DNA of 64,000 bases from Burkholderiales bacterium (GTDB taxonomy: Bacteria; Pseudomonadota; Gammaproteobacteria; Burkholderiales; SG8-41). The notes under the pieces are model-generated. The model was given only the letters and a program-made list of their open reading frames with translations, made no database searches and was not told the origin of the DNA. Of this stretch, positions 1-8,525 are shown piece after piece. Location: positions 138 to 64,137 of the forward strand of contig DASRJL010000014.1 of assembly GCA_035649495.1 (NCBI GenBank), read 5' to 3'. Numbering within the stretch: the first letter of the stretch is position 1; every line of letters starts with the position of its first letter. The position numbers were made by a program, and so were the translations under genes.

Positions 1-1044
1 CTGAACTTCGGCATCTTCGACTGGGTGGAGACCTCGGCGACGCTCAAGCCGGGCGAGGTCTATGCGCACAAGCTGGACCTCGCCGCCGCGGCCGATGCCG
101 CGGGCTTCCACGGCATGTTCCTCGCCGAGCACACGGGCACGCCGCTCTCGATCAACGGCTCTCCGAGCGTGCTCGTCTCGGCGATCTTCCAGCGCACGCG
201 GCGGCTGCGCGCCGGCGCGCTCACGTTCTGCCTGCCCTGGTACAACCCCTACCGCTTCTACCACGAGGTCTGCATGCTCGATCAGCTCTCGGGCGGCCGC
301 CTGGAGCTCGGCGTCGGGCGCGGCGTGTCGCCGATAGAGTCGGCGATTTACGGCATGACGAACATCGAGGAGTCGCGCGACCGCTACCGCGAGACGCTCG
401 AGGTGTTCTTCAAGGCATGCGTCAGCCGGGCGCTGGACTTTGACGGAAAGATATTCCACTACCGCGACGCGGAGCTTCACGTCCGGCCGCTGCAGAAGCC
501 CTATCCGCCGCTCTGGTTTCCGAGCAGCAACCGCGAGTCGATCGAGTTCACCGCGCGCCACGGCTACCACACCGCGTTCCTCGGCAAGCCCGCCGACTGC
601 AAGCCGCACTTCGAGCGCTACCGCGAGGTATGGCAGCGCCACCGTGACGACCCGGGGCGGCACAACGCGCACGTCGACGCGCCGTTTCTCGCCAAGACGC
701 AGCACCTCGTGATCGCCGATACCGATGCCGAGGCCGAGAGGCTGGGGCTCGCGGCCCACGCGACCTGGCGCCTCCACATCCATCACCTGACGCGCAAGAT
801 GGGGCTGCCCGACGTGCACAAGAGCACGCCCTACGACGAGGACTCGTATCAGCGGCTCATAACCGGCTCGCCGGCCACCGTACTGGAAAAGGTGCAGGAG
901 ATGCTGCGCGTGACCGGCGCCAACTACCTGCTCTGCATCTTCTCTTTCGGCAGCCTGGCGCCGCAGGCGGCGCTGCGCTCCCTGGAGCTCTTTTCCAGAG
1001 AGGTAATGCCGAAGCTTACTTTGGCCTCAGCCCGGCCTGCCTGA
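1..1044 (+). CDS. LLM-class (luciferase-like) flavin-dependent oxidoreductase, 5' end outside window
   Basis: Frame 1 is open from base 1 (LNFGIFDWVE...) into track ORF 25..1044. The FLAEHTGTP, LELGVGRG and EESRDRYRETLEVFF segments are typical of the bacterial luciferase-like family. Confidence 0.8.
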   Translation: MNFGIFDWVETSATLKPGEVYAHKLDLAAAADAAGFHGMFLAEHTGTPLSINGSPSVLVSAIFQRTRRLRAGALTFCLPWYNPYRFYHEVCMLDQLSGGRLELGVGRGVSPIESAIYGMTNIEESRDRYRETLEVFFKACVSRALDFDGKIFHYRDAELHVRPLQKPYPPLWFPSSNRESIEFTARHGYHTAFLGKPADCKPHFERYREVWQRHRDDPGRHNAHVDAPFLAKTQHLVIADTDAEAERLGLAAHATWRLHIHHLTRKMGLPDVHKSTPYDEDSYQRLITGSPATVLEKVQEMLRVTGANYLLCIFSFGSLAPQAALRSLELFSREVMPKLTLASARPA

Positions 1045-1999
1045 CCACCTCGGAAAAGGTCTCGATGTCGGCGCGCAGGATCTTGTCGAGCTCCTCCGGC
1101 GTAGTCGGCGCCAGGAGATAGTCGAAGTTGCCGAGGCGCTCCTTGACGTCGGGGATCTCGAAGATGCGCCGGACCTCGTTGCTGATTTGGTTGAGGACGG
1201 CGCGCGGCGTCCCCGCCGGCGCCAGCATGACGTGGGATCCGTCCCGCTTGTAGCCGGGCAGCGTCTCCGCGACGGTCGGGACGTCCGGCAGGAGCGGCGA
1301 GCGCGTCGGCGTGATCAGCGCCAGTGCGACCAGCCTCCCGTCCTTGATGTAGGGCAGCGTGGTGAGCAAGCCGGAAACGACGAAATGGACACGTCCCGCC
1401 ACGACCTCGAGCATGGCGTCCGCCGAGCCCTTGAACGCGACGTGCACGGGCTTGAAGCCCGCGGCAAGCCTGAACCTCTCGGCGTTGATGTGCGTCGAGG
1501 TGCCGGCCCCGGCGGAGCTGAAGAAGATCTTGCCGGGGCGCGCCCGGGCCAGCTCGATGAAGTCCTTGAGCGTCCTGACGCCGAGCGTCGGCGTCAGGAC
1601 GATCATGGTCTTGGAGAATCCGATCCGGGTGACGCCGGCAAAGTCCTTCACGGGGTCGTAGGGAAGGTTGGGGTGCAGCGCCGCGTTGATCGCGAAAGCG
1701 GAGGAGCTCATGAGGAGCGTGTGGCCGTCGGGAACGGCCTTGGCGACGATGGCCGTGCCGATCGCGCCGCCCGCCCCGGAGCGGTTTTCGATCACCATAG
1801 GCTGCCCCCAGCCCTCGCCCATCTTCTGCGCGATGATGCGCGCGAGCGAATCGGTGCTGCCGCCCGCCGAGAACGGTACGACGATGCGTATCGGCTTGGT
1901 GGGGAATTTCTGCTGCGCCTGCGCAACGCCCGCTATCACTGCAAGGGCCGCGGCAACGAGGATCGAGAAAATGCGTAACCCTTGGGCGAAACTGTCCAT
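1016..1999 (-). CDS. Bug-family (TctC-like) tripartite tricarboxylate transporter substrate-binding protein
   Basis: Track ORF 1016..2029. Start moved to ATG 1999, which is preceded by AAGGAGGTG. A signal peptide is followed by KPIRIVVPFSAGGSTD and ENRSGAGG motifs. Confidence 0.9.
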   Translation of the reverse strand: MDSFAQGLRIFSILVAAALAVIAGVAQAQQKFPTKPIRIVVPFSAGGSTDSLARIIAQKMGEGWGQPMVIENRSGAGGAIGTAIVAKAVPDGHTLLMSSSAFAINAALHPNLPYDPVKDFAGVTRIGFSKTMIVLTPTLGVRTLKDFIELARARPGKIFFSSAGAGTSTHINAERFRLAAGFKPVHVAFKGSADAMLEVVAGRVHFVVSGLLTTLPYIKDGRLVALALITPTRSPLLPDVPTVAETLPGYKRDGSHVMLAPAGTPRAVLNQISNEVRRIFEIPDVKERLGNFDYLLAPTTPEELDKILRADIETFSEVVRQAGLRPK

Positions 2000-2044
2000 A
2001 CCTGCCACCTCCTTCGGGAAACGTATCACGTATCGCCCTTGAAC

Positions 2045-2065
2045 GAGTCACGAGTCACGGACACG
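2045..2065. repeat. tandem heptamer array (GAGTCAC type)
   Basis: GAGTCAC GAGTCAC GGACAC, in the divergent region between 1016..1999 and 2081..3259. Confidence 0.6.
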
Positions 2066-2080
2066 CATTAAGATCTTGCT

Positions 2081-3259
<1,179 letters not shown>

Positions 3260-3268
3260 CCGGAAGAA

Positions 3269-3289
3269 GTGACACGTGATACGTGATAC
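3269..3289. repeat. tandem heptamer array (GTGAYAC x3)
   Basis: GTGACAC GTGATAC GTGATAC, inverted relative to the array at 2045..2065 on the other side of the gene. Confidence 0.6.
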
Positions 3290-3319
3290 GAATGGCGTGC
3301 TTCCGCCTTTCGCCTTCCG

Positions 3320-3514
3320 TCACCCGTCCTTCCTGCCGGCCCCGTGGATCATCTCGAACAACGCCTGGTTCGCTTCCTTCGCCTTCCCGAGCGGCGCCAG
3401 GACCTGGACCTGCTGTTCCTCGGTGAGCGAGGATGCGAGGGAGATGAACGCGCTCATCATCGCCAGGTTGCTTTCCAGAACGTTCGCTACGACGGCTCTC
3501 AATTCCTTGTTCAT
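3320..3514 (-). CDS. small hypothetical protein (64 aa, helical)
   Basis: ATG preceded by GAGGAGA. Non-repetitive composition. No recognisable family. Confidence 0.5.
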   Translation of the reverse strand: MNKELRAVVANVLESNLAMMSAFISLASSLTEEQQVQVLAPLGKAKEANQALFEMIHGAGRKDG

Positions 3515-3531
3515 GTGCTCTCCTCGAAGGA

Positions 3532-3659
3532 GTGACCCGTGACTCGTGACACGTTTCTCAACGATCCTAGCAGCAAATCCGGGGCCGAAAGCAAGGCAGT
3601 CGGGCTGAGTGTAAGATTTCGGTGCATTGACGGGTCACTGGTCACGAGTCACGTGTCAC
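3532..3659. repeat. inverted heptamer-array hairpin element
   Basis: Left arm is GTGACCC GTGACTC GTGACAC (3532-3552). Right arm is GGGTCAC TGGTCAC GAGTCAC GTGTCAC (3632-3659). The unique core is 79 nt. Lies in a divergent promoter region. Confidence 0.7.
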
Positions 3660-3675
3660 TTCTTGGGAGAACGCA

Positions 3676-4464
3676 ATGCCCTGGATCGAAGCAAACGGCG
3701 CCAGCCTGCGGTACGAGCTGTCCGGATCGGGAAAAGAAACCTTGGTGCTGATGCACGAGGCCGGCGGGTGCCTCGAAAGCTACGAGGACGCGCTGCCCGG
3801 ACTGGAGAAAGATTTCCGCGTGCTGCGCTACGACCAGCGCGGCTTCGGATTTTCGGAGAAGGTGCGGGAGCTCACCTTCGACGGCGTAGTAGCGGACCTG
3901 GCCGGACTCCTCGATGCGCTGAAGATCACCGCGCCGGTGCACGTGGCAGGGTGCGCGATGGGCGCCGATTTTTCGGTCGGATTCGCCGCGCGTCACCCCG
4001 GCCGGTTGGCGAAGCTCGTCCTGGCGAGCCCCAACATCGACAGCAATGCCGGACGCGGGCAGCAAAGCATCGAGCGCGCCGCGGTGGCCGAGCGCGAGGG
4101 GATACGCGCCGTCATGCAATCCAGCCACGACCGTTCCTATCCCGAGCACTTCCGCGCGCAGGATCCGGAGCGCTTCCGGCGCTACCAGTCGCGCTGGGTC
4201 TGCAACACGCCGGCCTCGTTCACCGCCGCGGCCCGCATGATGCTCGCGGTGGACCTCACGCCCGAATACCCGAAGATCAAGGCGCCGACGCTGGTCATAG
4301 GCGCGAAGCACGATGGGCTGCGTCCGCCGGAGAAAGCAGAACGCGTAGCCAAGGCCATCTCCGGCGCGAAGTACCTGCTGGCCGATACCGGGCACTTCAT
4401 GAACCTGGAGACGCCGCAGCTTTTTGCAGAAACGGTCGTAGCCTTCTTCAAATCAAAACTGTGA
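3676..4464 (+). CDS. alpha/beta-fold hydrolase (3-oxoadipate enol-lactonase-like)
   Basis: GGGAGA RBS. The LVLMHEAGG, RYDQRGFGFS and HFMNLE segments fit the alpha/beta hydrolase fold. The nucleophile elbow reads G-C-A-M-G instead of G-x-S-x-G. Confidence 0.85.
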   Translation: MPWIEANGASLRYELSGSGKETLVLMHEAGGCLESYEDALPGLEKDFRVLRYDQRGFGFSEKVRELTFDGVVADLAGLLDALKITAPVHVAGCAMGADFSVGFAARHPGRLAKLVLASPNIDSNAGRGQQSIERAAVAEREGIRAVMQSSHDRSYPEHFRAQDPERFRRYQSRWVCNTPASFTAAARMMLAVDLTPEYPKIKAPTLVIGAKHDGLRPPEKAERVAKAISGAKYLLADTGHFMNLETPQLFAETVVAFFKSKL

Positions 4465-4467
4465 CCC

Positions 4468-5154
4468 GTGATGGGAGTTGTAGTACTGCTCGCCCTCGTG
4501 CTCGGCGCTGCAGCGCTTCCTGCGGACGCACAGCAGCCCCCCTGGCAAAAAGAGATGGACCAGGCGCGGCGCAGTGCAGCCGCGGGAAACGAGGATATAA
4601 CCATTCTTACTTTCCCGGGACCCGAGAGCGCGCGAAGCGGCGTGTACGTCTTCTACAACGACCCGCGCCCGTTCTGCTATACGTACATGATTCCCGGAGA
4701 ATGGGTTCCGAGACCCAGAGAGCGCGCCTATTACTCGAAGGACGGCCGGAGATTCGCCGGGGTATTGTTCTGGCTGGCCAGGAACCTCGAGGGGGAGGAT
4801 GGCGCGACGCTGGTCGAGCGGGCCGGGAGCCGCATCACCAAGGCGCACCGGAAGCAATACGGAGACGCGCTGGCGGGGGTCGAGTTCGTGCCGTTCGAGT
4901 CTTCCCGCTCCGGCATCTGGCAGTGGCGCGCCGCGCCGATCACCAAGGGCGAATCGCGAATCAACTTCCCCGCAAAGCTCGTCGTCGACCTGAGTCCGGA
5001 CGCGGTTGCGCAGATTACAGTTGTCGGGACTTCGGACGACGAGCAGCTGGCTCTGGCCCGGCAGATCCTCGAGAGCCTCCGGACGACCAAGGACCCGGAG
5101 TGCTTTTTTCCCGTTCTCGAAAGCATGCACAAGGCACGCTACGAGAATCGATAG
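4468..5154 (+). CDS. hypothetical secreted protein
   Basis: Signal peptide MMGVVVLLALVLGAAALPADAQQ. No recognisable domain. Confidence 0.6.
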   Translation: MMGVVVLLALVLGAAALPADAQQPPWQKEMDQARRSAAAGNEDITILTFPGPESARSGVYVFYNDPRPFCYTYMIPGEWVPRPRERAYYSKDGRRFAGVLFWLARNLEGEDGATLVERAGSRITKAHRKQYGDALAGVEFVPFESSRSGIWQWRAAPITKGESRINFPAKLVVDLSPDAVAQITVVGTSDDEQLALARQILESLRTTKDPECFFPVLESMHKARYENR

Positions 5155-5155
5155 C

Positions 5156-5224
5156 ATGCCCATCGACGAATCGCGCGAGCGCTACCGCGAGGCGATCGAG
5201 GTGTTCTTCGAGATTGCATCCTAG
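5156..5224 (+). pseudogene. relic fragment of an LLM-class oxidoreductase gene
   Basis: MPIDESRERYREAIEVFFEIAS matches NIEESRDRYRETLEVFFKACVS of the gene at 1..1044. The DNA also matches (tcgcgcgaNcgctaccgcgag...tcgaggtgttcttc). The fragment is only about 22 codons long. Confidence 0.4.
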
Positions 5225-5311
5225 ACCCTGTGGTGGTATCAATCGGGCGTCGTGACAGAGCCTTGCCGGCCTCGTCCGCCGCTGTGTTGAAGTCCTCGGG
5301 AGGGACCCTTC

Positions 5312-6412
5312 ATGCAAGCTTGTCATCGGCTCCGTATCTGGGCACTCGTCGCCTTGCTGGGAGCAGGAAACACACATGCCGCACTGATTTTCAACTTCAC
5401 AACCTCGACGGGCGACGCGCAGGCTGATGCCGCTTTCGCCGCCGCGGCGCAGCGCTGGTCGAACCTGCTGACCGACAACGTCACGGTGAACGTTGCCATA
5501 GGATATAAACTGCTGGATCCCGGTTTCCTCGGCTTCACGACGACCGAAAAGGCCAATTACGATTACACAGATGTCAGGGCTGCGCTGGTTGGCGATGCCA
5601 AGTCAACTGACGATGCCACCGCAATTGGCGGCCTTCAGGCGGCGCCGGCAATCAAGCTTCTGACCAACCGGAGCTCGAGCAGTCCCAACGGCTCGGGCAG
5701 CGCGATCCCCTACGTGGACAGCGGCGCAGACGCCAACAACACGAGCCTGTTCATAACTAACGCCAACGCGAAGGCTCTGGGGCTGCTGCCGGCCACGAAC
5801 GCCGCCCTGGATGGATCGATCGAGTTCAGCACCGCTTTCACCTTTGACTTCAACCCCCTGGATGGGATCACCGCCGGGGCCCACGATTTCGTCGGCGTTG
5901 CAACTCACGAGATCGGTCACCTGCTCGGCTTCATCAGCGGGGACGATGCGCTCGACTTCTTCAGCCAGCCGGTGAACGACGGCCCATACGACGTCAACGC
6001 GTTCGCGGACAACAGTATTCTCGACCTCTACCGGTACTCTGCCGAGAGTTTCGCGCTCGGAGTGGTCGATTGGACTGCCGACACCCGGGCGAAGTACTTT
6101 TCCCTCGACGGCGGAGTGACCAACCTCTACCTCTTCTCGACCAGGAGCTTCTTCGGCGATGGCAACGAGGCCGGCCACTGGAAAGACGGCCAGGGTATCG
6201 GCATCATGGATCCGACGGCGGCACAGGGAGAACTCCTGGCCATCACCGCGCGCGATGTACAGGCGTTCGACGTGATCGGGTGGGACTTGAAGGGTTCTGC
6301 GGTTCCCGAGCCCGGCACGCTCGCACTCGGTTTCCTCGGCGTCGCAGCGTTGGCCGCCGGCAGACGCAGGCGTGCCATCGAGTCAGGGCGCGCGATCGAA
6401 GTCCGGGTCTGA
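5312..6412 (+). CDS. secreted zinc metalloprotease with C-terminal PEP-CTERM sorting domain
   Basis: Signal peptide, HEIGHLLGF zinc-binding motif, and C-terminal VPEPGTLALGFLGVAALAAGRRRR (PEP motif, TM segment, Arg cluster). Confidence 0.8.
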   Translation: MQACHRLRIWALVALLGAGNTHAALIFNFTTSTGDAQADAAFAAAAQRWSNLLTDNVTVNVAIGYKLLDPGFLGFTTTEKANYDYTDVRAALVGDAKSTDDATAIGGLQAAPAIKLLTNRSSSSPNGSGSAIPYVDSGADANNTSLFITNANAKALGLLPATNAALDGSIEFSTAFTFDFNPLDGITAGAHDFVGVATHEIGHLLGFISGDDALDFFSQPVNDGPYDVNAFADNSILDLYRYSAESFALGVVDWTADTRAKYFSLDGGVTNLYLFSTRSFFGDGNEAGHWKDGQGIGIMDPTAAQGELLAITARDVQAFDVIGWDLKGSAVPEPGTLALGFLGVAALAAGRRRRAIESGRAIEVRV

Positions 6413-6610
6413 CCCCACTAAGTATCGGACGCTGCGAAATTTCTCGTCTGAAACGACGCAATTTTTGGCCTCAGAGCGCCAGTTTTGGGGCCAGAATTGG
6501 CCGTCTTGAGTTCCGCCCAATTGAAAGCCAGATCGCTTAGAACGCCAGTTTTCCGGAAAGTCACGCTTCTGAGCGGCCAATTGCAGATCGAACTGATAAG
6601 ATAGGTTTTT

Positions 6611-6637
6611 CTTCACGAGTCACGCGTCACGGGTCAC
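6611..6637. repeat. tandem heptamer array (NNGTCAC x4)
   Basis: CTTCAC GAGTCAC GCGTCAC GGGTCAC, just upstream of the candidate selenoprotein gene. Confidence 0.6.
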
Positions 6638-6655
6638 TTTTTCTTGAGTACGCCT

Positions 6656-7426
6656 ATGGAAATCACCGCTGATAAATGGATGTACTTCACCCAGCCCGGG
6701 TGAAGCAGCTGCCTCCGAACGAAAGAGTTTCTTTCGAAAAACGGATTGGACATGGTCGTCATCGACGTCCTGAACGACGCCGGTGGCCGTGAGCTGCTGT
6801 TCGAAAAGTACGGCCTGCGCAAGGTGCCCGTCCTCGCGAAGGGTGATCGCTACGCCATGGGCCAGATGCTCGAGCCGTTCGCGAAGCTCGCCGGCATCCC
6901 GCTCGCGGCTCCCGGCGGGCTGTCACCGGAACAGCTCTACGGAAAATACGAAATGGTCTTCGCCGCCGGCCAGCGTTTCGCGCGGCAGTTTCCGGCGGAC
7001 CGAATTCTGGAACGCGTCATCCCGCACCGCGAGCGCGCGATCAGGACGCTGTGCTACCACGTGTTCCGCATCGGCGAATCGTTCCTGGAGACGTGGGACG
7101 GTGCGGAGTACGCGGCGAAGATCGCCGATGGCGAGCCGCCCGCGGCCATGAGGAGCGGAGAGGACATCGCCAACTACGGCGGCGACGTCTGGCGGCGGTA
7201 CGAAGCGTGGTGGGCAGGACTCGATGACCGCAAGCTTTCCAGGGTGCTCAAGACCTACTACGGCGATACCGTCGCTCACAAGGTTTTCGAGCGCGTCACG
7301 TGGCATTCCGCGCAGCACTGCAGGCAACTGGTGGCGGTGCTGGAGCGGATGGGGATAGAGCCCGATCGGCCGTTGACAGCCGAGGATCTCGCGGGGCTGC
7401 CGCTGCCCGAGCGGTTGTGGGAGTAA
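6656..7426 (+). CDS. candidate selenoprotein: thioredoxin-fold (glutaredoxin/ArsC-Spx-like, U-S-S-C) domain fused to a DinB-family domain
   Basis: ATG 6656 (or 6680) is in frame with TGA 6701-6703 and with track ORF 6746..7426. The junction reads WMYFTQPG-U-SSC-LRTKEFLSKNGLDMVVIDV...KVPVLAKGD, a Grx-like fold. The C-terminal half carries a DinB-like WHSAQHCRQL motif. A hairpin follows the TGA. Confidence 0.7.
6715..6744 (+). promoter_or_regulatory. putative bacterial SECIS hairpin for TGA 6701
   Basis: CGAAAG(A) at 6720-6726 pairs with (U)CUUUCG at 6730-6736. The apical loop contains G-U. A lower CCG/CGG stem lies at 6715-6717 and 6742-6744. The hairpin begins 16 nt after the TGA. Confidence 0.5.
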
Positions 7427-7439
7427 CGCCCCTACTTTG

Positions 7440-7973
7440 CTACAAATCGGTGTCCACTTTTCGTGGGTAACTCGGACGCATAACGTCCCGCATGATCCCC
7501 GCGAAGCGGTCGGTATCGATGCGGTGGTTGGAGCGCTCCCTCAAACGACTGCTGTCGGCGCACTCATCGCTTTTCTCCACCTGCACTCGTCCCGCTGACC
7601 AGTGTGTACGGCTTGGACCATCGGCATAGCCGGTCCAGTGGACACAAGCGCCGACTGCGAAATCGCGATCCGTTGAAACGACGTGTAATGTCCCATCGCC
7701 AGTGCGAATCTGGTAGACCACTCGACCGGGAGTGCGATAGAGGAATCTCGAATCTATCGTCGTCGGAGTCGCGCCGACCTGCACCGGAATTCTCGCGGGT
7801 TCGCCATCCGGCCCATAGAACGCGGGAGCAGATTCAACCACTGATCGATCTTCGATTCTTCCCACGCCCGTACCTGGATAGTCGGTCTGAAGCGGGTAGT
7901 ACGGTCCAACAGTGCAACCCGCCATGCCCATAGCAAGTACCGCGAATACCGATCGGGAAGGTCGTCGCACCAT
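7440..7973 (-). CDS. hypothetical lipoprotein
   Basis: Lipobox-like MVRRPSRSVFAVLAMGMAGC when started at ATG 7973. Lies in a lower-GC patch. No domain recognised. Confidence 0.5.
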   Translation of the reverse strand: MVRRPSRSVFAVLAMGMAGCTVGPYYPLQTDYPGTGVGRIEDRSVVESAPAFYGPDGEPARIPVQVGATPTTIDSRFLYRTPGRVVYQIRTGDGTLHVVSTDRDFAVGACVHWTGYADGPSRTHWSAGRVQVEKSDECADSSRLRERSNHRIDTDRFAGIMRDVMRPSYPRKVDTDL

Positions 7974-7995
7974 GGAGGGTCGAAGCGTAGCTTGC

Positions 7996-8433
7996 TCAGT
8001 CATCAAAGGCCCAGTTTGCAGGACTGCCATCCTTGAAGAACACCCTCACCAGCCAATCAGGTTGTTCGCGCCACTGAAAGCAAACATGGAAGCCCTCTTC
8101 CGATTCGGCAAAGACTATTACGTCCTCCAGAAGTAATTCGTTCGCAGTGACTGCGCGGCGCGCCTCTTCGGACAACCGGGCAATCAGATACTCGGTGGCC
8201 GTATCAAGGGTTACTTTTGGGTCCCGAACGACTTGTAGGAGCTTCTGACACGCTTGATCGGCGACATAGTTCGGCGGCTTCCCAGGGATATAAATCGGGA
8301 TTCGACGCTCCCCGTACGGCACTTCGGTCCGCCAATGCCTGTTTTCGCCGTCCCATTTCAGTTCTCCAAACTCACCGTGCTTGATAGGTGCGATCGGTTC
8401 TGCCTTTGAACCACCGAATAGGCGGGCAAACAT
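7996..8433 (-). CDS. hypothetical protein (145 aa)
   Basis: Coding-like composition in a lower-GC patch. No recognisable family. Confidence 0.5.
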   Translation of the reverse strand: MFARLFGGSKAEPIAPIKHGEFGELKWDGENRHWRTEVPYGERRIPIYIPGKPPNYVADQACQKLLQVVRDPKVTLDTATEYLIARLSEEARRAVTANELLLEDVIVFAESEEGFHVCFQWREQPDWLVRVFFKDGSPANWAFDD

Positions 8434-8525
8434 GCTTTGCTCTAACGCCCGCGGTTCACTGACATGGAGATCGCATCCGAGGAATGCCTGGATTCATCCT
8501 GCCCGGCGCGCCAGTCATTCGAGGG

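Noticed and set aside
3676-5154. The hydrolase ORF (3676..4464) and the next ORF (4468..5154) are in the same frame and separated only by TGA plus one codon. This raised the possibility of a third selenocysteine read-through.
   Set aside because: No redox motif surrounds the TGA. The downstream protein begins with its own typical signal peptide, and the TGA belongs to a heptamer array. A shared frame is a 1-in-3 coincidence.
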